64,000 bases of DNA from the human T2T-CHM13v2.0 reference genome, Homo sapiens, in NCBI RefSeq assembly GCF_009914755.1, contig NC_060944.1, one strand, 5' to 3'. Below are positions 28,064-58,162 of this stretch, piece after piece. How positions within the stretch are numbered: position 1 is the first letter of the stretch; the number at the start of each line of letters is the position of its first letter. The notes under the pieces are model-generated. The model saw only the letters and a list, made by a program, of their open reading frames with translations, ran no database searches and was not told the DNA's origin. A program made the translations under genes and the position numbers.

Positions 28064-28121
<58 letters not shown>

Positions 28122-28140
28122 AGGAAGGAAGGAAGGAAGG
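27930..28140 (+). mobile_element. Alu monomer (FRAM/AluJ-like) followed by (GA)n/(GAAG)n microsatellite
   Basis: GCTGGGCATGGTGGCTCATGCCTGTAG...GTTCAAGGCTACAGTGAGCTATGAT; purine tract 28056-28140. Confidence 0.85.
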
Positions 28141-30378
28141 GCAGAAAGCAGACCAGACCAGATTTCATAGCTGTATTCTGTCTATCCTTAAAGAATAAAT
28201 AGTTCCACTTATATTTTAAATATTCTAGACGACAGAAGAAGGAGGAAAGTTCTTAGGAACCGATAAGAGAATTCAGAAGAACCAAGATTCAGTAGCCTAC
28301 AAAGAATGAAAATATGCTCATAGCAAGACAGCTTTTGAGATATTTATTTCAAATTCACAAAAACTCCCCCATGCAATCTTAAAGAGGCTTTACTTTATTT
28401 AAGCCAAAGAAAAGTGCAGATCCTGATATGAATATATTTATCTACAAAAGGCTCATATTCTGAAGTAATACTATTCAACTCTCATTCATTCAAGAGCTGT
28501 TCTGTAATTGTTCCAATATAAAGGAGTCAAAACAATTTCTTAATGGAAGTATTAAGTAGTGCTCTATGTTGTCAACTAATTTATTTCCCATTTCAAACAT
28601 TAGTTGACATGTTTTCATTTCTCTTTTGGAAGGAAACAACTAAATATGTTATCAATCCATCATTTACTTGTACAATAAATAAAGTTCTAAATCACTGCAC
28701 AGTGTAAAATGGCAAATAGACTTCCCCATAACACAAAGCCATCCTGAAAAGTTTTGTTCATTTTAGAAGAAAAAATTTTAAAACCTGAGCACCATAGGAT
28801 ATGAATTTTGTAAATAATTATGAAAAGAAAACAACAATAATAAAACTCTACTAATCTTAGCTCGATCTTATAAAAAGTTCCATAATGAGTAATCAAATTT
28901 TATTTCCAATTAAATATGTTATCACCCAGTAGTATGCCATACCAGTTTCTAATTCATACTTCAATTATCTTCTAATTTAAATTAATGACTATAATTGCTG
29001 TTATAAAACAACAGCTCTATAGCCTGCTATTCAGACCAGTAAATAAGAGTTTAAGGGCTTGTGATAGCAAATGAAGTTTCTTATTGGATTTTAAGAAAAA
29101 TTTTTATAAAAATATGTGAGGTTATTCAATAGAATCACATTTAATTTGCCAAGCATTTTGCAGAATGCCTAGGACTATGTAAGAAGTATTAAATTTGCAA
29201 GCCCTTTGAATAGTTGTAATTTAAAGATAAAAATTGGTTTAATACCAGACAAAGATAGAAGCACAAGTTAGGTTATTAGAGAATTTAGCCAGTGTATCAG
29301 TTTGTATCGTAAGTCATTGGCAAGAACAACGTGTACTTTTCTGTCACCTCCCAACTAGCTATGTTTTGAGCAGTAGGAATATTTAATACCCCTTCCTCCC
29401 ATTTTTCCTTTGTGTTGTCCAAATTCTGACAACTCTACTGCCAGATAGCTCAGGGCAAAAATGATAAAGTTCAAGTTAAGAAGGCTCTGCAGTGTTCTCA
29501 GTTCTCCTCTGGTGAAAGAGGAGAAAGGTTGTGTTTAATTATGAATCTGGGATTTCCAAAACTTTACCCATGCCCTGCCTGTCCCCTCATTAGCATGAAG
29601 CTGTTATTTAAATAGTTCAGCAATAACGACTTTAGTAGCCTCCCTAGGTTAAAAAGATTGAAATTAAATGTGTTTATCTATTGTTCTACTATTCAGTTAC
29701 CTGATTATAAAATCAAAGATTATTTCATGAAACTCAGTACCCCTTCAGGGAAAAAAAAAAAAATTCCCTAAAACAAAGTTAGGAGAGTGAATCGGACCAC
29801 ATGCTTATCTCCAAGGTCTCAATCAAACAGCAAATGCTTACCCAACTTCTATTCAAAATATTTGCGCCAGTAGTTCTGATATGACCCAAGCAGAGTTCAC
29901 ACATTATTAATCTACTCCTTTCAGTCTTCTAGATGTGTTTCCTCCAAAATCTACCAGATTCTCAAATAATTTCAGGAACTTTCTCCAGAACAGAAACAAG
30001 GTTGTTACTGATACCAACTTTGTCTCCAAACATGGGGAAGATTATCATTGGAAAGATCTATTGATGACCTATAATACATAGTTGGAACTGTTTATCCACA
30101 GAAGTATTCCCCAAGAATCAACCACAGAGCCAAGATGGAGCTTATGTCATTGTTATGCATACTTCTTTTACGGCTTGTGAGGGCAGTTCATACTATTCTG
30201 ATTTTACAACTGAGACCCAAGGAACCTGAGTGACTTCTAGGCTCCATTATGTCAAAAAAAACTCAAATGTGAGGCTTTGCCTACACTGAGAAACAGTAGT
30301 TCAAGAAACGGTGCCCTGGTTCTGTTAAAATAATCTGAGAGTTATGTGGTAAGTAGTTGAGAGTGAATAGGGTAGCTT

Positions 30379-31805
30379 TGAGAGGTGACAGCGTGCTGGC
30401 AGTCCTCACAGCCCTCGCTGGCTCCAGGCGCCTCCTCTGCCTGGGCTCCCACTTTGGCGGCACTTGAGGAGCCCTTCAGCCCACCACTGCACTGTGGGAG
30501 CCCCTTTCTGGGCTGGCCAAGGCCGGAGCCGGCTCCCTCAGCTTGCAGGGAGGTGTGGAGGGAGAGGCGCGAGCGGCAACCGGGGCTGCGCACGGCGTTT
30601 GCGGGCCAGCTGGAGTTCTGGGTGGGCGTGGGCTTGGCGGGCCCCGCACTCGGAGCAGCCGGCCAGCCCTTCCAGCCCCAGGCAATGAGAGGCTTAGCAC
30701 CCGGGCCAGCAGCTGCGGAGGGTGTACTCCGTCCCCCAGCAGTGCCAGCTCACAGGCGCTGCGCTCAATTTCTCACCGGGCCTTAGCTGCCTTCGCGCGG
30801 GGGGTGCTCGGGACCTGCAGCCCGCCATGCCTGAGCTCCCACCCCCTCCATGGGCTCCCGTGCGCCCGAGCCTCCCCGATGAGCACCACCCCCTGCTCCA
30901 CGGCGCCCAGTCCCATCGACCACCCAAGAGCTGAGGAGTGCGGGCGCACGGCGCGGGACTGGCAGGCAGCTCCACCTGCAGCTCTCGTGCGGGATTCACT
31001 GGGGGAAGCCAGCTGGGCTCCTGAGTCTGGTGGGGACGTGGAGAACCTTTATGTCTAGCTCAGGGATTGTAAATACACCAATCGGCACTCCGTATCTAGC
31101 TCAAGGTTTGTAAACACACCAATCAGCACCCTGTGTCTAGCTTAGTGTTTGTGAACGCACCAAGCCACACTCTGTATCTAGCTACTCTGGTGGGGCTTTG
31201 GAGAACCTTTGTGTCCACACTCTGTAGCCAGCTAATCTGGTGGGGACATGGAGAACCTTTGGGTGTAGCTCAGGGATTGTAAACGCACCAATCAGCGCCC
31301 TGTCAAAACAGAGGACTCGGCTCTACCAATCAGCAGGATGTGGGTGGGGCCAGATAAGAGCATAAAAGCAGGCTGCCTGAGCCAGCAGTGGCAACCCGCT
31401 TGGGTTCCCTTCCACACTGTGGAAGGTTTGTTCTTTCACTGTTTGCAATAAATCTTGCTGCTGCTCACTCTTGGGGTCCACACTGCTTTTATGAGCTGTA
31501 ACACTCACTGCGAAGGTCTGCAGCTTCACTCCTGAAGCCAGCGAGACCACGAGCCCACCAGGAGGAACCAACAACTCCAGAAGCGCCGCCTTAAGAGCTG
31601 TAACACTCACCGTGAAGGTCTGCAGCTTCACTCCTGAGCCAGCGAGACCACGAACCCACCAGAAGGAAGAAACTCCGAACACATCCGAACATCAGAAGGA
31701 ACAAACTCCAGATGCGCCACATTAAGAGCTGTAACACTCACCGCGAGGGTCCCTGGCTTCATTCTTGAAGTCAGTGAGACCAAGAACCCACCAATTTTGG
31801 ACACA
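30379..31805 (+). mobile_element. Solo LTR12C (ERV9/HERV9 LTR), full length
   Basis: TGAGAGGTGACAGCGTGCTGGCAGTCCTCACAGCCCTCGCT 5' end; CCAAT-containing tandem repeats; GAGCTGTAACACTCAC repeats; ...CCAATTTTGGACACA 3' end; TSD GCTT/GTTT. Confidence 0.96.
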
Positions 31806-32679
31806 GTTTGACAATAAATTTACACTCAAATATCTCTAAGGAATCAAACTTACAGATTAATAATTAGTAATCAGGTCACGTAAAGTAAATTATAAAAGAG
31901 CATTGATACCAAGATTGGCAGAAAGTTTTTTGTGTGACAAAACCAAGTTTTGGCTAAGATACACACTGCTGATGGGAGTCTAAATTGCTGTATATGTCGG
32001 GAAAACAAGTTGTCTTTATCTTGATGTTATAAATAACCTATGACCCAGAAATTTAACTCCTAGACATATACTCTAGTGAAACTCTTGAACGTGTGCGTCC
32101 AAAGACATTTATAAACATGATCTTAGTAGTATTGCTTTTAGTAGCAAATTCTGGAAACATCCCAAATGTCTATCAATAGTGGAATTGATTTGAAAGGGGT
32201 GTGGAATGGTAATATAATGGAATAGCCTACAGCTGTTTAGATAAAGGAACTCCAATTAAACATACCAACAAAGATACATTTCAAAAACAAGACGTTGAAA
32301 GGAAAAAAGTCATCAAAACAATACACAACATTCTACCACATTTTTATAAATTCTCAAAATATGCAATATTAAACATGCATTATTTAGGGAGGCATTCAAT
32401 GTAGCAATGCATTTTTAAGAGGCTGGGATGATAAATGTAAAATTCAGAACAGGTATTATCTCTGGGAACAGGAAGAGGAGGATGCAGTGTTGGGAAGAAA
32501 TACATATAAGTACAGCAGTAGAGGCAGACTTTTTTTTCCTTTTCCTTTTTCCTTTATTTTTCCTAGCTTTCTTTTTCTTTAGCTATGGTATTTCTTTAGC
32601 TATGGTATGGTATGGTATGTACTTTCCATATATCATACAGTATATTTTGGTGTGCATGAAATAGTCCTTAATAACATTT

Positions 32680-33123
32680 TTATTATTTTTTATTTGACGT
32701 TTAAGTTCAGGGGTACATGTGCAGATTTGTTATATAGGTAAACTTGTGTCATGTGGTTTTGTTGCACAAATTATTTTCTCACCCAGGTATTAAGATTAGT
32801 ACCCATTAGTTATTTCTCTTGATCCTCTCCCTCCTCCCACTCTCCACCTTCTACCCTCCAATAGGCCCCAGTGTGTGCTGTTCCCCTCTATGTGTCCATG
32901 TGTTCTCATCACTTAGCTCTCACTCATAAGTGAGAACATGCAGTATTGGGTTTTCTGTTTCTGCGTTAGCTTGCCAAGGATAATTGCCTCCAGCTCCATA
33001 TTCCTGCAAAAGACATAATTTTGTTCCTTTATATGGTTGCATAGTATTCCATGGTGTATATGTACCGCATTATCTTTAGCCAGTCTATCATTGATGAGCA
33101 CTTAGGTTGATTCCATGTCTTCA
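32680..33123 (-). mobile_element. L1PA/L1PB 3' end fragment
   Basis: GGGTACATGTGCAG.TTTGTTA.ATAGGTAAAC...ATAAGTGAGAACATGC.GTATT.GGTTTTCTGTT. Confidence 0.88.
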
Positions 33124-33755
33124 CTCTTAACATTTTTAAACAGTCTCTGAGTAGAATAGGGTAGGCTGGTGTAAGGAATTACTGTTTTTAATTGGAAGCA
33201 ATTACATACTGCATTAAAAAGCATATATATATAGACACACATATATATGTTTTACATTCACATAATCAAACCAAAGCTTTCAGAATTTTCCGCCAAAAAG
33301 CATGTGTGGAGGGAGAGAGAGGGGTGTTATGGTGCATTTGTAGGCCCTGAAATAAAGTGATCTCCATATTTGCTTCCATTTGTGTATAAATATTTTTTAA
33401 GCATATATGCATCCTAGAGTATGGAAAGAAAATTTCTGGGAAGATTTGCAAGAATCTGTGGCAGTTGAGAGTAGGTTCACTTTCGCTTTATTGTGTAATT
33501 TATTGTATTTTTCATTTAATTGTACTTTGTAAACTAAATATTTATTGTATATTTTACTTCATTTTTTAATTGCCATATGCAGCTTTAATTTTATAACTAA
33601 ATTACGTTCTGACCCAGGGCAGGAGGTGGGAGAAGAGAATGAGAGAAGGGCGGAATCCTCAAGACAGCAGCATTCTGCGCTCCGCCCTGGAACACCCAGC
33701 GCAGCTACCCCATCCCGCCCAGGCCGGCCACCTGGCGTCGAAGCCAGGCGCGAGG

Positions 33756-33831
33756 GGCGGAGGCGGAGGCGGGGGCGGGGGCGGAGGCGGGGGCGGAGGC
33801 GGAGGCGGAGGCGGAGGCGGAGGCGGAGGCG
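33756..33831 (+). repeat. (GGCGGA/GGCGGG)12 hexamer tandem repeat
   Basis: 12 full units counted (9 GGCGGA, 3 GGCGGG) plus GGCG. Confidence 0.97.
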
Positions 33832-33857
33832 AGCACCGCCCCACCGCGCACGCTGCG

Positions 33858-33871
33858 GTTGCCCCGGCAGC
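33858..33871. promoter_or_regulatory. RFX X-box-like palindrome GTTGCC-CC-GGCAGC
   Basis: One mismatch to GTTGCC-NN-GGCAAC; extends to the imperfect palindrome GCGGTTGCCCCGGCAGCCGC (33855-33874). Confidence 0.7.
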
Positions 33872-33879
33872 CGCGCCCT

Positions 33880-34207
33880 GCGTGGCGGAAGCTCACAATC
33901 AGCCCGGTCCCTCCGGCTTCCACCCCGCCCCCTGCGCTCACCTGCCCGCGCGCTAGCCTTCCGGGGACCCGGGGCCCATGGACACACACACCCAGCCCTG
34001 CTGTCCCGCGCGCCAGCTCACCAGCCCTACCCAAGGGACATCATTCACGCCTGGGCGCCTCCGCCGGGCTCCGGGAGCCCAAGGTCGCGGCTGGGCCAGC
34101 GCTGAGCGTCAGAGGACGAGAGCAGGGGCCTCCCCGGTCGCCCCAGCAGGCCCAGGCACATAGGTGCCCAGAGATCCCTGGCTTCTGATCGCCCGGAAGA
34201 CTAAGAG
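33880..34207 (+). other. ANKEF1: ANKEF1 non-coding first exon (TSS approximate)
   Basis: Lies in the CpG island; ends at strong donor GAG|GTGAGC (GT at 34208-34209). Confidence 0.7.
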
Positions 34208-35336
34208 GTGAGCATGACACATGGCTTTTCCTTTGACGTTACATCTCTACCCCCTCCACTCCTCTCTTCTCCAGATTTTTCTGGAGACTAAAAAGTGGAA
34301 AGCACAGTAGAGAACCCCCAACATGTAAACTATCGCTTACACTTGTGGGTGAGCTGAAACCCGCAAAAGTTTGGTGTATTCATAAGGAGCCTATATTGAA
34401 GGACTTTGCTAAATGTTTTACAAGGATCATATGTCATTTCCTTTTCACACAGTCCCATGAAGTGGGCACCATTGCTATTGCCAGTTCACAGATGCAGAAA
34501 CTGAGGTAAAAACTAGGTAGGTAGCATATCCATATTTATATCCAACTAGTTTGTGTAAATAATGATACAGGGAAGGGAGGATCACAACGGATTTCCCCAC
34601 CTCAAACCCTACATTCCACTGTACCAAGCTTGTCTTCCTCCATTCCTCTTTCTAATGATCCTTCCTTGTCGCACAGCCCCCCTTTGAGAGTTAAATGACC
34701 TGAACACACACAGATTCCCACAGATTTTCATGTAATTTCCGAGTATTCAGACCCCGAACATGGACCTCAAGTCAAGACATTCTGCTCTATTCCACTACCT
34801 TGGTAGATGGTTAGATGTGACTAAGGTGGCCCAGGGTCATGCTGGGGAAAAGTACAGGTGTGCTTGTATGTGGAGGATCCTATATGCTGCTCAATTTACA
34901 AGGAACCCAGGACCCAAGGGCTACACTTGTGTGATTTCCTGCAGTGGGGTGAGCTCTTGGTCAGTCTTAGCAGTTGATTGTGAAGGACACTATACAGGGT
35001 GCTGCCCTCTCCCCAGCACTTCAGGGCTTTAGCTGGGAGGGAGGCAGTCCACAGGAAACCGACCCATGGACCTACTGAATTCATCACTGTAGCTGCTAAT
35101 TAATTCTCCGTTAGAGATGGGTGCTAACAGAGGCAACATTGAAGTCCCTGATTGGGAAATCCTTATTTTCACAAATCAAGTGGCATTGATTCAGTCTAAT
35201 CATTACCTATGTAGGAGCATCTTGCCCTATTCCATAGATGACACATATACATATGCAGTATGATGACACCGCACCTAATCGGAATATGGCCGATAATAAT
35301 AAAACAAGCCATAAATAGCAGCTAAGGTGAGTGTCA

Positions 35337-35726
<390 letters not shown>

Positions 35727-37049
35727 TCATGGGATAGGGCGAGACACCAGGGGAGTGTGTGAGGACAGAAAAGAGTCTTGAGGACCTAGCCCTGGGCACC
35801 CAACATAGGCTTCTTGAAATGGGGAGTCAGCAAAGGAGCCTGAGCAGGAGGGGGCATTGGTGTTGGATGGAAGCAGGCGATGGAGATGTTGTGGTGCCTA
35901 GAGAGACACATTTAAAGGAGAGAGAGCTCACTGCCGTAGAGAATGTAGGTGAGGGAGCAGGCTTGCGATGGAGAAAAATGGTGCATAGTTTCAACTTTTG
36001 TAGTAAGATGGAATCTTTTCATTGCAAATGTTGGAAACTTAGCTAACTAGCTTATACCAAAATAAGGTGACGGGGGAGAAGATGTATTTACCCACAAAGT
36101 GGTAGATGGCTTCTGGCACCATGGAATCCATGTTGCAACTAATGCCATCAATCTCAGTCTCTCTCCATCCTCCAAGCATGGACTCTCTCTGTGGCACCCA
36201 AGAGAGCTACCTGCGCCCCAGCCCCACACCATACTGCTTAACAACTTCAGCAGAATAGTCTTCCCTCATAGTTCTGGATGATGGGCTGCTGATTGGTTGA
36301 TGTCTTTTATGCACATATGCTTGAGCTTCAGTGTACCTGGAAAGGGATGGTTCCCTCAAATGGGCCAAGCCTAGGCCACAGACCCTTTCCTCTGGCAGGG
36401 GACAGAAGGGACAGCCCCATCCAAACGACCCGGATAGGATTCCCTATGTGATAATGGAGTTCTTTTCTCATAAGAAATGAAGAAACAACTGGTCATACCT
36501 AGCATGGCCTGCTACTCAATCCAAAAGATTTTCCGTACAAGGAGGTAAAATTACATACTAGAATGCCCATCACAATTTAACAGGGAGATTGTTTATGAAG
36601 ATTTGCAGTTTCCTTGCAGCCATTTAACTACATCTTTTCCACTTAAGATGACATAGGAATCACTCATCACATCTCTGATATGTTACAGAGCCCAGTAGAT
36701 TTGTTTATAATGAACACCTCAAAATTATATGTTTTTATAACACCTTAAAACTATTAAAACCTGCATGATCTCTCTATTTTGCTGGTGTGAAACCATGTAG
36801 ATAGATGGTGGGAACTCAAACCCTTACCATGGCAATTTAGTTAACCTCAGCTTCTTCATGGTAAAATGGTAAAGTGTGATGAGGAGGGAAGGTTAAATGG
36901 ATAATAAGAAAACCACCTGGCAAACTATTTTTAATTATGATGGAAGATTTGTTTGAACTGTTTTAACTTTATGCCCACTCAATATTTTTGATATTTATGT
37001 ATAAATCCTACTTTCTGAACATTTCTTAAAAAACAATCTCTGTTCTTAA

Positions 37050-54534
<17,485 letters not shown>

Positions 54535-54842
54535 GTCATAGCAGTTATTTCTTGGGGTAAATGCTTTGAGGCCCAGGGACCAATCTTTGGAGAAAGTAGA
54601 TATTTCCATCAAAGCCAAAGCAATCCATACACCAAGAACTTGTTACCAAGAATTTCTTTATGCTTTAACAACTATAAATATTCTTAGCTGTCTAGAGAAA
54701 AGATGTATGTTATTTTGAAATGAATGGTATGTCATTCTGGATAAATCCCCAAGCCCCTTTATGAATGTAGTGAAATACATGGCATGTGGGTTATAAACGT
54801 TGCTGTCAAAAGATTTACCAGGTCTACACCATTATGCTTATT

Positions 54843-54998
<156 letters not shown>

Positions 54999-55184
54999 TG
55001 AAGATACATTTCTAGTGGAAATTGATGAAACAATTTAGGTTTTGGAAAAAGAAGTAATATTTAATCTTTTAAGGAAGGAGTTTATTTCTCACATGCCATT
55101 ATAAACTATGTGTATTAGATACCTTGGGTTGAATACACTTTTAACAGCCCTAGATCGATAGCCCTAGCCCTAGATAGATAGCTA

Positions 55185-55267
55185 TTAGGTTGGTGCAAAA
55201 GTAATTGTGGTTTTTGCCATAACCTTTAATTGCAGCAAAAACCGCAATTACTTTTGCTCCAACCTGA
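55185..55267. mobile_element. MADE1 (Hsmar1 MITE)
   Basis: TTAGGTTGGTGCAAAAGTAATTGTGGTTTTTGC ... GCAAAAACCGCAATTACTTTTGCTCCAACCT terminal inverted repeats. Confidence 0.95.
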
Positions 55268-55296
55268 CAGCTAGGTATCTAGCTAGCTAGAAAGGC

Positions 55297-55354
55297 AGAT
55301 AGACAGATATATAGATGATAGATAGATAGATAGATGATAGATAGATAGATAGAT

Positions 55355-55400
<46 letters not shown>
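55297..55400 (+). repeat. (GATA)n compound tetranucleotide STR within an MLT2-like LTR (about 55108-55836, minus)
   Basis: Direct reading; MLT2-like flanks GATTTATT..AA.AATTG and CCTAGCCAAGTTGA..CATAAAA.T.ACCATC. Confidence 0.85.
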
Positions 55401-57587
55401 GATTTATTGCAAATAATTGATTTACATAATTTTGGGCCCCAGATGGTTAAGTGCTAAATTTGTAGGGTAGGCTATCAGGAAGTGCAGGCTGGAAACATGC
55501 AGGAGCTGTCCCTGAAGTCCACAAGTGGAATTTCTTCTTCATCATGGAAACCTCAGTTTTGTTCATACACCTAAATACTTCAGTATGTCTTTCCTAAAAT
55601 AAAAGGCATCCATTTACCTAACCAGATTACGATTGTGAAAATTTCAACTGTTGTTAAAGCGACTGATGGGATCAGTTTCACCTAGATTATCTAAAGCAGT
55701 CTCCTTTACATAAAGTCAATGAATTGTAAATATTGGTTGCATGTACACAATTCCTTCACCACAACACCTAAGATTAGTATTTGATTGAGTTACTGGGTGC
55801 TACAACCTAGCCAAGTTGAGTCATAAAACTGACCATCTCTGGAGGTGTACTCTGCAGTAAAAAGCTAGCTGAGGCATTATTCACACCAAGAAATGCAGTG
55901 GGTACCGAACAGGAGCTCCAAAAATATCCAACGTCTCATTGACAGAAAGAAGCCACTTTAGAATCTGCCTTACCAGAAGGCACCAATTGCAGATTACAGC
56001 TCTGTCAGTCACGTATGGATTAAACCCCTTTCCTCTAACCTCCTCCCTCTCTTTCCAACCTTGGAGGGACCTTCCACAGGAGCCAGTTAGGGAGGAGAAG
56101 GGAAGAGAGAGAATGAAGCAGGTAACCAGGCCCACCCCTCTGGAGGAGACAGACCTGAACAGGGGTTGCTTACAAGCATTGCATTTGGATCCCAAGATTT
56201 GCTATTACAACTAAATTTTGTCTGTTTTGTAAGGTTTTGGTTGGTTTTTTTGTTCTCTCTTTTCTTTTTGTTTTGACATAATTTCATATTTATGGAAAAG
56301 TTGCAATAATTTGACAAAGAATTCTTATATGCCCTTTACCCAGATTACCTAAATGTTAACCACTTACCACATTTGCTCTATCTCTTTCTCCCTCTACATA
56401 TATGCATATGTATGTTTAATTTTTGTCCCCGAACTATCTGTGTGTCCGTTGAAGACATGATGAAGACATGATGTTCTTCACATGATGTTTTCATATTTGT
56501 GTGTCAGTTGAAGACATGATGTTTTAAATATTTCATTGTGTATTTCCTAAAATCACGATGTTCTTTTGCATAACAATATTACCATTGGCAAACTAAGGAA
56601 ATTAACACTTAAGTGAACTATTTAATCTATAGACCTTATTCAGATTTTGCTATTTATCCCAATAATTTCCTTTGTACTCCCAGGTCATGAAATACATTCG
56701 CTTGCCCCATCTCTTTAGTCTCTTTTAGTTTAGAACAACCTGTATTTCTTGTTTGTTTGTTTGTTTGTTTATGACAGTATATAAGAAGAACACAAGCCAC
56801 TTTTATCTTGTAAAATGTCTCTCAACTTTGGTTTGTCTTAAATGTCTTCAAGAATAGATTCAGGTGATGCTTTTGGGGCAGCAGTGCTACAGATGTCATT
56901 GCACCCTTCTCAGTACATCATATCAGGAGGCACATGATGTTGATACCTGATATAAACTTTAACTGCATTTGCAGTTGAGAGAAATGTAAATAAAAGTAAA
57001 GCTGCAGTAATAAATCATAACTGCATAAAATTAACTGTAGTACATACTGTACAACTGTAATAATTTCATAGCCACCTCCTGTTGCTATTGTGTTGAGTTC
57101 AATTGTTGTCTTTTCTCAAGCTTACTTTATTGCACAAATACAGTATTTATAACATACAAAATACGTGTTAATTGATTATGCTATGGGTAAGGCTTTTGGT
57201 CAATAGTAAGTTATTAGTATCTAAGTTTTTTGGGAGGCAAAACTTATACATGGATTTTTTTATTGTAAGGAGAGTTGGTGCCGGTAACTCTCTAGTAGTT
57301 TTCCTTGTACTTAATGAATATCTGATAGATAGATACTTTGAAACTATGGAAATTTCCTTCTACTTTCATACTTTCACCTACTAATTTTAGCATCCATGGA
57401 TGATTCTCGCCTAAAATAATTATTACAGTGACAGTTGCCATAAAATAATTTCTACATTTTATCATTCTTTCCATTTCTTACTTGGCCTTCTGCTGTTGGG
57501 CAGAGCTTTCTTTTCTTCCTTATTAATTTATGTACTCAAATCAGTACAGACTCATGCATTCCCTTTTTATTTAATGCGAATTATATA

Positions 57588-58162
57588 TGTGTGGGGACCA
57601 ACTCAGAACTCCAGAGTTGGTATAAAGATTATTTTAAGCCAAAGACATTTGAGATTTAACATACCATATGCAGGGGAAAAAAAAGTCTTCTCAGACCTTT
57701 GCTTATCTGACTACAAGCAGTAACTTCTAGGAAATAAGGCTGCCATAAATTCCTCTTCAGGTTTGATCTACTTCTAGAACACAAGTAATCCTACCCCAAA
57801 TCCCTTCTCCAGAAGTGTTGTATGGCCCCGAAGGAAATTTAAGGACCATTTATACCTGTATAGATAAACATTATCACGTACTTTTTTATCTCCTGTTTGT
57901 TCACCTGAAAACTCATGTATCTTTGTAAAAAGTCATTGTGTTTACATAAATGTCTTCTCCCCCTCCCCTTTGCTTATCAAGATGATTATAAGCCACCGAT
58001 TTTAACTATCCCTTTCAGTTACTCATCACTGAGTTCTCCCAAGTGTATATGCCTTGCATGCATAAACTTGTTTTCTCCTGTTAAAATGCCTTTTGTCAGT
58101 TTAATTCACAGGCTCCAGGCATTGAACCTAAGAGGGTAGAGGAAAAGTTAATCCTCCCCTAT
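57588..58162 (+). mobile_element. ERV1 LTR (MER34/MER39-like)
   Basis: TGTG.GGGACCA...GG.ATAAAGATTATTTTAAGC.AAAGACATTTGAGA...AGAGGAAAAGTT...CTCCCCTA. Confidence 0.65.

Larger units (their letters stand above)
33640..34200. promoter_or_regulatory. CpG-island promoter of ANKEF1
   Basis: Abrupt GC/CpG-rich segment in AT-rich surroundings, 3 kb upstream of the ATG exon; GC boxes, ETS-like GCGGAAG near 33886, X-box. Confidence 0.9.

Noticed and set aside
28570-28609. 11-bp stem hairpin TGTCAACTAAT...ATTAGTTGACA
   Set aside because: Too short for a pre-miRNA; plausible by chance in AT-rich DNA
30281-31682. Cluster of overlapping 60-171 aa ORFs and tandem repeats that look like a repeat-spacer array
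   Set aside because: All lie within the GC-rich LTR12C; the repeats are its normal U3/U5 tandem units, not CRISPR or a gene
33545-34188. Arg-rich, (RL)n, (AS)n and poly-Pro ORFs
   Set aside because: By-products of a stop-poor CpG island and the hexamer repeat; most lack a true ATG start. Only the polyG frame and the exon 1 uORF are kept, as speculative findings.
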